63,032 bases of DNA. Source: an uncultured Lentisphaerales bacterium. GTDB lineage: Bacteria; Verrucomicrobiota; Lentisphaeria; JABSQK01; CAJWLW01. How positions within the stretch are numbered: the stretch's first letter is position 1; each line of letters starts with the position of its first letter. A program made the position numbers and the translations under genes. The stretch lies in the NCBI GenBank assembly GCA_964460215.1, contig CAYWQM010000015.1:1-63032 (forward strand). Reading direction: 5' to 3'. This document shows, piece by piece, positions 40,351 through 49,263 of this stretch. The notes under the pieces are model-generated. The model was not told the DNA's origin and did not search any database. It worked only from the letters and a program-made list of their open reading frames with translations.

Positions 40351-41007
40351 TCATTTGCCGCGGGCCGGGCCGGCATCATAAAACGGCAGCGCGACGATTT
40401 CGCCGTCGATCTCAGCGCGTCCTGTCCGGGCGCTGACTGGTGTACCCGGCGACAGTTGTCCGCCGCTGGTATAAGCCAGGGCAATGGCACATTCCAACGA
40501 GGGGGAAAAGGCGCCTGAGGTCACGGTGCCGATGGCCTGGCCGCCGGCGTCTGCCACTTCGCTTCCCTCGCGCGCTGCGCGCGGCTTTCGAAGCGGATCG
40601 AGTGAGGTACTTGCGCGGCCGTTCATGCAACGCTGCACGACCGACGAATTCGTGGTCCGGATCGATGAGTCCGCCGAATCCGGCATCGAGTGGTGTACTG
40701 TCGCGGTTCATTTCGTGTCCGTACAACGGATAGCCCATTTCAAGCCGCAGCGTGTCGCGGGCGCCGAGTCCGGCTGGCTGGACCTGCGGAATTGCCGTGA
40801 GCAGCTCCCATACAGCACCGGCTGCACCACGCGGCAGCGGAACTGGCCCATGTGGCTGCAGTCGAAAATAGAGGCAATCGTTCGGGTATGACGGTGCTCT
40901 GCGAGAATCGACGTGTATTGTACGGGCATCGACCACCCGGCGAACGGGACCATTCTGGCACCGGCAGCTTGATGCCAGGCATCGAGTGCAAGGGTTTGGT
41001 TCAGCAT
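40351..41007 (-). pseudogene. gcvT: Aminomethyltransferase GcvT pseudogene (internal deletion plus frameshifts)
   Basis: Three frames carry GcvT pieces: [20 protein letters not shown]; [21 protein letters not shown]; [21 protein letters not shown]. The middle of the protein is missing. Confidence 0.9.
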
Positions 41008-41031
41008 AAAAGGTAACTGAGCACACTTCTA

Positions 41032-41733
41032 ATGATTTTCTACGGTGTTAATCCGGTGATTGAGGCATTGCGCGCGGAATTTCCGCTGCAGCATATCTAC
41101 ATCGACACCCGCAAAAAGAACCCGGCTGTCAGTAAGGTCGAGCAACTTGCCAAGCAAAACGCCGTCCCGGTCAAGCGTCTGCCGGACCTGCGCAGCCTGA
41201 CGAAGTCACCCGACCACCAGGGTGTCTGTGCCGAGTGTGAAGAGCTCGGTACTACGCCGCTGCCGGACGGCCCGATCGATGCCGACTTGGTCGTTATGTT
41301 CGATGGTATCGAGGATCCGCACAATTTCGGCGCTGCCTTGAGGGTCTGTGAGGGATTAGGCGTGCGGCACGTGATTTATCACAAGGGCAACAGCAGCGGT
41401 ATTACGCCGGCGGCGGTAAAAGTTTCAACTGGCGCGGTCTTTCATCTGAACCTCTATCATTCGAATCTCAACACCGCCATGAAGAAGCTCAAGCGCGAGC
41501 GGGTCTCGATCAACGTGCTCGATGGTTCCGGCGACTTGTCGATCTACGACTGGCAGCCGCAGTCGCCTGCTTGTCTGGTTATCGGGTCAGAAGGGAAGGG
41601 CGTGCGCTTCGCTATTCTGCGTCAGGCCGATCAGGTGCTGCAGATCCCCATGCATGGGCATGTGAACTCGCTGAACGTATCCTGCGCCCTGAGCGCGACG
41701 CTGGCAGTCGTGGCGGGGAAAGCAAAGCAATAG
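41032..41733 (+). CDS. rlmB: TrmH/SpoU-family RNA methyltransferase (RlmB-like)
   Basis: [42 protein letters not shown]. Confidence 0.88.
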   Translation: MIFYGVNPVIEALRAEFPLQHIYIDTRKKNPAVSKVEQLAKQNAVPVKRLPDLRSLTKSPDHQGVCAECEELGTTPLPDGPIDADLVVMFDGIEDPHNFGAALRVCEGLGVRHVIYHKGNSSGITPAAVKVSTGAVFHLNLYHSNLNTAMKKLKRERVSINVLDGSGDLSIYDWQPQSPACLVIGSEGKGVRFAILRQADQVLQIPMHGHVNSLNVSCALSATLAVVAGKAKQ

Positions 41734-41794
41734 GGAAGATGGAAAAGGACTTTGCTAGGCGGCATCCCTTCGGGTGCAAGTATCGGCCGCAGCC

Positions 41795-42169
41795 TTATTC
41801 CCCGACGACAGGTTGATCGCGGTCTTTCCAGACAAATGAGGGGTCCAGCAAGGGGTCGTAATTGCCCGGGGCCTGGATGATAAAAGTGGCCGTCTCGATT
41901 ACGCCAACGGCGGTGCGCACGATGGCCATGCCGAATCCCGACACCGTGCCTTGTGTAAAGCTCGCTGCCGACCTTTCATCGATCGTGGCTCGCGTAATCT
42001 GGCGCGGCACTTCGCCAATGCCGGTGACAGTATTGGTCACGCCGCGGATCAGTTTGCGCGACATCAGCGTTATGTGCCCTTCCATCGGGTCACCGGCGTA
42101 GTTTTTGTCAGCGGCAACTGCGAAGCTCGCAGCGATCAGGAACAAAAGACAGCATGTAACAGATTTCAT
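41795..42169 (-). CDS. TIGR04073-like small secreted protein
   Basis: Signal peptide; RKLIRGVTNTVTGIGEVP...RTAVGVIETATF...YDPLLDPSFVW. Confidence 0.7.
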   Translation of the reverse strand: MKSVTCCLLFLIAASFAVAADKNYAGDPMEGHITLMSRKLIRGVTNTVTGIGEVPRQITRATIDERSAASFTQGTVSGFGMAIVRTAVGVIETATFIIQAPGNYDPLLDPSFVWKDRDQPVVGE

Positions 42170-42249
42170 GAATCAGCCTCGTTGAGAGAGATTATGGTTG
42201 GCTACGAAATAAAGTAAAGAGATCAGACACCATTACAATCGATAGAGCC

Positions 42250-43656
42250 ATGGCCGACAGCCCCGACAGCGAACCTCGCAACACATATATAATAGTCACC
42301 GGCGCGCTGCTGTTGTTATGCGTTGGGGGGATCACAATCATCAGCAGGTGGTTTCCGTATGGTGCGGAGCATAGTCAGGGGCCGGTCGTGGGGTTTGTGG
42401 CTGTCTAAGCCGGCGCCAGGATTGTTTATCTAGTGGCGTTGTGGCGCCTGGGGCGGTTGCAGGGCAGGGCGGTCTCGATAATTTTCGTTTTCGCCATCGC
42501 CATGCGGCTGTTGCTGCTGCTTTCGAATCCGATTCTCGAGGACGATTTCTACCGCTATATCTGGGACGGGCACGTGGTGCTCGCCGGGTGCAGCCCATTC
42601 GCGGCGGCGCCCGAATATATTGATATCGAAAGTATTGAGCCGGATCCCGATAAGCGTGCGGCCGCAACGTTTGTGCATGAAAACATCAACTTTCCGTGGG
42701 TCAAGACGATCTATCCGCCGGCGGCGCAGGTTGTGTTTGCTGCGGAGGCGCTGATCTTCGGCTGGCTTCCCAGCGGCTTCAAATACATGTGCTTCGCTAT
42801 CGAGCTGCTAGTGCTCTGGCTCATGTGGCGTGTTGTACATGCGCTGAAACTGGCGCCGGCAACGATTCTGATTTATGCCTGGAATCCGCTGCTGCTGAAA
42901 GAAGTCAACAACTCTCACCACATCGACATTGTCTGTACGCTGCTGTTGACGCTTTTCGTGCTTGCCCTGATCCGACAGCGTGGGTACATCGCGATGCTCA
43001 TGCTGATGCTCGCGGCCTTCGTAAAACTCACGCCGGTTCTGCTGGTGCCGCTGTTGCTTGCCTATCTTTGGCGAACCGGCAAGCGTCGGCAGGCGGGCTG
43101 GAATGGAGTCATCTGCGTTTGTCTCGGTGTTATCGGTGCGGCGCTTTGCCATGTCGGTGCGGAGACAGACCCTTTCAGCGGCATCAAGGCGTTTGCCGAT
43201 GGCTGGGAGATGAACGCGGCGTTGTTTCCTCTCGGGCGCGCCTTGCTCGAGTCCGCCGGCGCGGCGCCCGCCGCCGCGGCCCGCATGGCCAAGCTGATCC
43301 TTTTCGGTGGGCTTTGCCTGTTCATTCTCTGTGGGGTCCGCAAAGTCAGGGACCTGCCTTCCCTGTGGCGCTGGTGTGCGTGGACGCTGGTCATCCTCTT
43401 TCTGATTTCACCGGTCGGCAATCCCTGGTATCTGGTGTGGCTCCTGCCGTTTCTGCTGGTTACCCGGCATCCCATCGTGGTGGCGTTGATGTTTGTGACG
43501 ATGTTGTATTACCTGTCGCTGGTCATGGCGGACGGCAATGCATCGGATCAGGTCTACTATGGGATTGCGGCGATAGAGTACACCTTGTTCCTGTGGTTTC
43601 TGATTCGCTATCTGGTCAGCGTCTGTAAAAAATCGAGAGCCCCGGGGACTGGATAG
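42250..43656 (+). pseudogene. GT-C (GT87/DUF2029-like) membrane glycosyltransferase interrupted by in-frame TAA at 42406
   Basis: EDDFYRYIWDG, TIYPP, YAWNPL, HID, PWY motifs. The frame extends upstream through TAA to ATG 42250, adding a TM helix. A restart at GTG 42433 is possible. Confidence 0.7.
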
Positions 43657-43757
43657 TGACCGGTCTGCGAATTGCCTTTGCCCAATGGGCCTGGCTATCT
43701 CCAGCCCCGAGATGGTGTGACGGCAGAGCAAGTCTTCCGGCAACCCTCCCGGTGCGA

Positions 43758-44354
43758 CTACTTGCGGTATTGCCGTTGCAGGATCAGCAGAGCGATGAAG
43801 TCGTAAAGCGCATGGAGGCCGATGACCACCAGCAGATTGATGGATGCGATATAGAGCCAACCGAAAGCCGCACCGAGTACGGTTGCCAGGAAGAAGTACG
43901 TGCGCGTGATGTAATGACAGAACCCAAACGCGATTGATGCCAGGACGATCGCCGGGATACTGCCGATGTGGCTGGCAAGCTCGCCCTGGAGGAATCCGCG
44001 GAACAGCCATTCCTCCCCGACCCCGGCAGCGATCGACACCGCCGCGAGTTCGAGCCAGTGACAGTTGCGTATGAGCGGCCGGAGCACGCGCTCCAGAATC
44101 TCTCGAATGCGTCGTAAAGGTGCTGCACTTGTCCGCAGGAGGATCATGAACAGAAGCAGCAGCGCAGCCGTGGCGAATATGCTGAGAGCCAGATCCAGCC
44201 AGCTCCATGAGGTCGACACGGGCTGATCGAACAGCCGGCAGGCGATCAGGGCAACTGCCAGCAGCGCGCCTTCTGTCACCATAGCCCAGGTGAGGAAGGT
44301 CCAGCGTCCGGATATCACCGGCTGCTCATTGTCTTGATTTATGTCCTGATTCAT
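43758..44354 (-). CDS. CPBP (Abi/CAAX type II) intramembrane metalloprotease
   Basis: GEEWLFRG, FGFCH, HALYD. Confidence 0.9.
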   Translation of the reverse strand: MNQDINQDNEQPVISGRWTFLTWAMVTEGALLAVALIACRLFDQPVSTSWSWLDLALSIFATAALLLLFMILLRTSAAPLRRIREILERVLRPLIRNCHWLELAAVSIAAGVGEEWLFRGFLQGELASHIGSIPAIVLASIAFGFCHYITRTYFFLATVLGAAFGWLYIASINLLVVIGLHALYDFIALLILQRQYRK

Positions 44355-44469
44355 CCGGTTTGGCCCTTGGATTGGACGTTTGATTCTCGCGGCAACTATA
44401 TTACTGGTGTTGTTGTCAAACTGTTACACACGGCAGCTGCAGTTGCCAGAACTTGCCACACGGTTTCAT

Positions 44470-45399
44470 GTGAAGCTCATAACCGATACAAAACTCGACC
44501 TCATTCGCCAGGGTGACCTCGACGTTCTCGTTGAGTTGGACCGGCATGGGTTGCTCATGGGGCCCGGTGAGACGGTGGCGGCTTTTGCCGAGCGTCTGGA
44601 GGCTCTGCGCGGCAACATGCAGGAGTTCACGTCGGAAATCGACGCAGCCGGGGAAGTCGAAGTTTTCGACATTGCATTGGAAAAGTCCAGCACCATCCCC
44701 CGCGATGCCTTTCGCAGTGCACAGCAATTGACGGGTGAGCTATACGATTTTGAAATCGACTGGGTGCCGGGCTTCTATACCAACAAGCGCATGGGCCTGC
44801 TTTTTGCAGGTTGTGCATTGTACTCTTCCGACGATTACTTCGCGCTCTTCATCGTGCGCAAGGCGTTCGAAAAAAAGGAGCGCTGGCTGATCTACAGCCG
44901 TACTGAGTTGCTGGCGCACGAGCTTTGTCATATCGCGCACATGGGATTCAATGTCGTTGACTTTGAAGAAATGTTCGCGTACCAGACGTCACCGAGCCGT
45001 TTTCGTCGGGCGATCGGCGGGCTGTTCCGTACGCCGATGGATTCGTACGCTGTTCTGGGGTCGACATTTCTCCTGGCCGGCGCGCAGATCGTCAACCGGC
45101 TGTATCTGGGGATGGTGCCGATTTATCAATTCCCGATTTCTTTGTTCGCGATGATTGTGATTGTCTGTTTCGGTGTCGTAGGTGGCCGTTACCTGAAGAG
45201 CCTTAGCATATACGGTCGCGCCCGGGCACGGTTGCGCGAACTGGTTGATGAGGTGCCGGCCCGAGCTATCCTTTTTCGCTGCAGCGGTGCTGAAATTCGG
45301 GAGATCGCGGATACCGCGGAGCCGCGGGCCTGGTTGGCGGCCCGGGCGGAACAGGACATCCGCTGGCGGGTGATTTTGCACAAATACCCGATTCGCTGA
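44470..45399 (+). CDS. Hypothetical membrane-associated zincin-like protein
   Basis: YSRTELLAHELCHIAH...FEEMFAYQTS (HExxH plus a downstream E); two TM helices. Confidence 0.65.
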   Translation: MKLITDTKLDLIRQGDLDVLVELDRHGLLMGPGETVAAFAERLEALRGNMQEFTSEIDAAGEVEVFDIALEKSSTIPRDAFRSAQQLTGELYDFEIDWVPGFYTNKRMGLLFAGCALYSSDDYFALFIVRKAFEKKERWLIYSRTELLAHELCHIAHMGFNVVDFEEMFAYQTSPSRFRRAIGGLFRTPMDSYAVLGSTFLLAGAQIVNRLYLGMVPIYQFPISLFAMIVIVCFGVVGGRYLKSLSIYGRARARLRELVDEVPARAILFRCSGAEIREIADTAEPRAWLAARAEQDIRWRVILHKYPIR

Positions 45400-45422
45400 A
45401 AGCGGCCATTATGCGATCTGCA

Positions 45423-46226
45423 TTATTCGGCCTTTGCACTTTCCCATTTCTGAGACCAGGTCGGGAGCTTTGTCTGCAAATCCGGTGCGTTCTGCTGTTT
45501 GCATGCTACGGCAAACCAGAACTCGCCGCACAATGCACTTACAGAAGTCATTGTTTGCTGCAGTTCTTTGGCGGCTGATGTTTTTTTCAGGTATTTTTCA
45601 TAGCAGTGAATCTTGTATGCCGTAGCGAGCCAGGTTATCGGGAACAACAATGGGTACAGCAGGAACGACTTGAACTTGTACACCACGGCAGTGAACTCCA
45701 TGAGTTGAAGACTGTGGGATCGGAGCTGATACAGAAAGGTTGGCAAATGCGGCGGGTAGTTGTGGAATGCAAAGGCATATTCGCGGGGCACGTCGAAGCC
45801 GATAAATGCCCTTTTCGCCTTGACGAATCCGGTCAGGAAGAAGTGCAGTCGGGAGGCCAGTCGCGTAGTGTTTTGTGTCATGACAATGACGTGGCCGTTG
45901 TCAGTGCATACGCGGGCAAGTTCGCTTAACGCATGGTCATGGTCGCTGAGGTGCTGGATGACGTCGAGCAGCAATACGGCGTCGAATGAACTGTCTTCAT
46001 ACGGCAGTTCACTCAGGATATCGATGCCGTTGTCGATGTCAAGATCTGCGATGACGCCTTCGTATTTCGTGAAGTTTGTGCCCTTGACCCGATACCCCTG
46101 TTGTTGAAGAGCGTTCAGCACCTCCCCGCTGCCACAGCTGATTTCGAGTATGCGGCTGCCGTCCGGCACATATTTGCAGACCAACTCAACTGATTTGGCT
46201 TTTCGGGTTTCACTGGATTTTGACAT
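45423..46226 (-). CDS. Class I SAM-dependent methyltransferase (type 11)
   Basis: ILEISCGSG, LPYEDSSFDAV, DVIQHL, LARV. Confidence 0.85.
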   Translation of the reverse strand: MSKSSETRKAKSVELVCKYVPDGSRILEISCGSGEVLNALQQQGYRVKGTNFTKYEGVIADLDIDNGIDILSELPYEDSSFDAVLLLDVIQHLSDHDHALSELARVCTDNGHVIVMTQNTTRLASRLHFFLTGFVKAKRAFIGFDVPREYAFAFHNYPPHLPTFLYQLRSHSLQLMEFTAVVYKFKSFLLYPLLFPITWLATAYKIHCYEKYLKKTSAAKELQQTMTSVSALCGEFWFAVACKQQNAPDLQTKLPTWSQKWESAKAE

Positions 46227-47075
46227 GGAGCATAGCCGGGGTGTTGGGGCTGTTTTTTTATCTTCCAGGGACGGTTATATCTGCCGGATCGCAGTTATGG
46301 AACCCACAGAGTTGAGCAAAATACACTCAAAGGAAGACCCTTTGCAAGGAATTCCGCGGGCGTATGCGCGTTTCAGGCAATTAAAACGTATGGAAATACT
46401 GTGTACAGTTGGGGTTTTAACGACAATTCATATATTGCCGTCGTTGACCACCGCCACCCGATATCTGCGCACTAAGGGGCGAGATCTCATGCCCGTCTAT
46501 TGACACAACGCTATTCTGCTGCGAGTCGCTCCTGCCGTACTATGACAATCTGTCAATGTATTCCGTAGAGGGAGAAACTGTTTTTTTGCCGTTGTGGCGT
46601 TGGTATGAGTGGACGATTGTCATTCTCTTTCGGACTTCACCAGTCGTGATGCCTGGGACATAGGTGGCTGCTGCCATTTTTGGAGGTCTCCCGAAACCCC
46701 ATCGTTGCGTTGATGTTCGTGAGGATATTGCATTGCCTGTCGCTGGTTCTGTTGACCGTAATGCATCGGATCAAGTATATTACGGATTGCAGCGATAGAG
46801 TACGGTTTGTTCCTGGCACGCTGATCTGATCAGTGCTAGCAAAAAGTCCAGAGCCCCGGAGGCGCGATAGTGGTCGGTCAGCGAATCATTTTGATGTGGT
46901 CGCTTCGGCGCCAATGTGGTAGATGAGGCGCCAGCCCGAGCCATCCTTTCCACTTAGTGACGCTAAAATTCGGGAGATTGGTATATAGCGGAGCCGCCAG
47001 CCGGGTTTTATGGGATCCTCCAAACTTGCTAACGCCTATTTTTTCCGTTTTCCCTGATTAGTTTTATACCTAAAG

Positions 47076-48023
47076 GTGCTGAGGAGAGTACATCGATGCT
47101 TATTTCATACACCCGCGCCAAACTTATGCAATGGTTTCCTCGCCTGCGCCGCGGCAGTAAGCGGAAGGCGTATTGCCTCTGCCAGCGTAAGGTCTGACGT
47201 GCGCGGAATCGATAGCATCCGGGCTGACTTGCCGATCGAATTGTCGTCCGGGATGACTACGCGTTGGCTCCTCAGTGATCGATGCTGGACCGTTGCTGCG
47301 TCAGCTGTTGATGCGCACCTGCAGGGGGTTGCCGGCAATTTTACGATCGAGCAACTCAAGGCTGCAGCCAACCGCGATATCTTTCGGTGCAGTGTCATCG
47401 ATTCGGCGGTGCGTGTTATCGTGAAAACCTTTCCGATGCGTACGCTCAAGCAGAAGCTCTACTGCTATAAGCGGTACGGTCCGAGCGAAGCGAGAAACCT
47501 TATTACTGCACGTAAGCGTGGACTACAGGTCCCGGCGATTTACGGATTCGGCTAGGTGAAGCGTGGGTTGCTGGTCAAACGGACGATGGTCTTGATGGAG
47601 GATCTTCAGGATTTTTCGCCACTCAGCGTCATCGAGAACGTCAATGGTGAGGATGCCAAAATGATGATGTTGCGCCCCGTCGCAGATGCGTTGCTATCTC
47701 TGTATGTCGCTGGCTGCAATCACATTGATCTCGGTGCCGAGAATATTTTTGTGAGTGATGCGGTCCCGGTGGATGTGCGTCTCATCGATTTCATGTACGC
47801 GGCATTCCTGCCCGCGCCCAGCACTACGGTGCTGGCGTTTCAGGCAGCCTATGTCAGCGACAGTCTTCGCTGCCGGGGGGTTGCGGAATCGACATGCCGT
47901 CAATGGGCCGTAGACTTGTTCAGTAGGAACGAAGTGGACGCTGAGGTCGAGGGACTGATTGAGAAATACGACAACTTCCGGGGCTCCCGTCTTTCCCGAA
48001 AGGAGCGTCTGGCACTCGCGTGA
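47076..48023 (+). pseudogene. LPS/Kdo-kinase (WaaP/InaA-like) family protein interrupted by in-frame TAG at 47553
   Basis: VIVK, EARNL..GLQVP..YGFG*VKRGLL..LMEDL, HIDLGAENIF, LIDF. The two track ORFs abut in the same frame. Start uncertain. Confidence 0.72.
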
Positions 48024-48082
48024 GTGCTGGCGAGGGTCGGTGTTCTATACTGGTGAGATGTGAGGTCAGCTATCGATGCAGT

Positions 48083-49096
48083 TCACCGTCGTAGCAGAAA
48101 AACCCGGCGTCCATCCCTTGCCAGCCCGATCTCTTTCGAGTCATTGAAACACGAACGCTCAAGAATGAAGGCGATGAACTCCTCTTCCTCCATGTTCTTG
48201 TAAATCTCGGGTTTGTCGAGTTCCTCGAAACGATGTGGTTCGAAAAACATGTACGCTGCATCCAGTCGTCCCAGCAACCCGCAGAACTTCTCCAGCATCG
48301 CTGGGTCACGAATAAAATGATGAAAGATATTCAGCCCGAGAATAAGATCGTACGTCAGCGGTCCGGGCAGGTCAAAGATGCTCGATTCGATGAACTCAAA
48401 CGACCGGTTCATGGCGCGCCTGAGTCGCTTGATGAACAGTGCGTTTTTCGAATTGTGATCGACCGCCGTGCACTTCAACCCGAGTCTTGTCATCACGTGG
48501 GACCAGTATCCCCAGTTTGCTCCGATATCCAGGACTGTGCCGTTGGTGATCGGCATGTGCGGCGCTATTAATTCGAGGCGCTCATCGCCGTGACCGTAGG
48601 GGGCGCGGATTAGATCCGGATGATGGATCTTTTGGTAGACCACGTTGCGGTGGGCACCAGCGAAATTGAGTACCTGATTGCGGAAGCGCTGCCACTGTGG
48701 ATGCACGAACGCGATTCGTACAGGGATTTCATTCGTAGCAGTGTCGAGCCTTATCAGCTGTTGTTCACCGGTGACAACAATCGGATCGCCGTCCCGGCCG
48801 ATCGCCAGTGTAACAGGCGATTCGCTCTGTACATCGTCGGATTCCGCATGCCCGTCACTTGCGAGTCGACGTTCTAACCTGTCCCAGTCACCTTTCAGTA
48901 CATCCGTTTTGCCGATCGCTGCCGTTGCCATGTCACGAAAGGCGTTGGGAATGCCGTATTTTAGTTCGTGCGGATTGGCGCTGCCCAGATTGTCTATGTG
49001 GAAGCACTCGTCTTTTCGGAATCGGAACTCCGTTCGCTTTTTCCACAACGAATATTTGATCGACATATTCATGCCTCCAGCAGGATGCATGAACAC
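48083..49096 (-). CDS. SAM-dependent methyltransferase with N-terminal degenerate ParB/Srx-like region
   Basis: VLDIGANWGYW, YDLILGLNIFHHF, MFFEP; N-terminal LAIGRDG...IPVRIAFVHPQW. Confidence 0.75.
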   Translation of the reverse strand: MFMHPAGGMNMSIKYSLWKKRTEFRFRKDECFHIDNLGSANPHELKYGIPNAFRDMATAAIGKTDVLKGDWDRLERRLASDGHAESDDVQSESPVTLAIGRDGDPIVVTGEQQLIRLDTATNEIPVRIAFVHPQWQRFRNQVLNFAGAHRNVVYQKIHHPDLIRAPYGHGDERLELIAPHMPITNGTVLDIGANWGYWSHVMTRLGLKCTAVDHNSKNALFIKRLRRAMNRSFEFIESSIFDLPGPLTYDLILGLNIFHHFIRDPAMLEKFCGLLGRLDAAYMFFEPHRFEELDKPEIYKNMEEEEFIAFILERSCFNDSKEIGLARDGRRVFLLRR

Positions 49097-49263
49097 TAAA
49101 GCCTAATGCGGGATTCGGAAGCAGCCGTATTGTGCGTTTGGGGAGACCGAACCGGTTTGTTTGCAATGCTGTTGCAGGCAGGCCGTTCTTCAGGTTGCCA
49201 ATCCACGTTTGCCGCGCAACACGTCGGTTCTTTACAATTGTGCTTCCATTGCTACGATAACAC

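Noticed and set aside
25525-48023. Pyrrolysine or global TAG reassignment to explain the in-frame ambers
   Set aside because: TAG is the genuine stop of many genes here (e.g. 19079, 24595, 41733, 55441, 57266, 61939). No pyl genes or MttB/MtmB genes are in the window, and an in-frame TAA also occurs.
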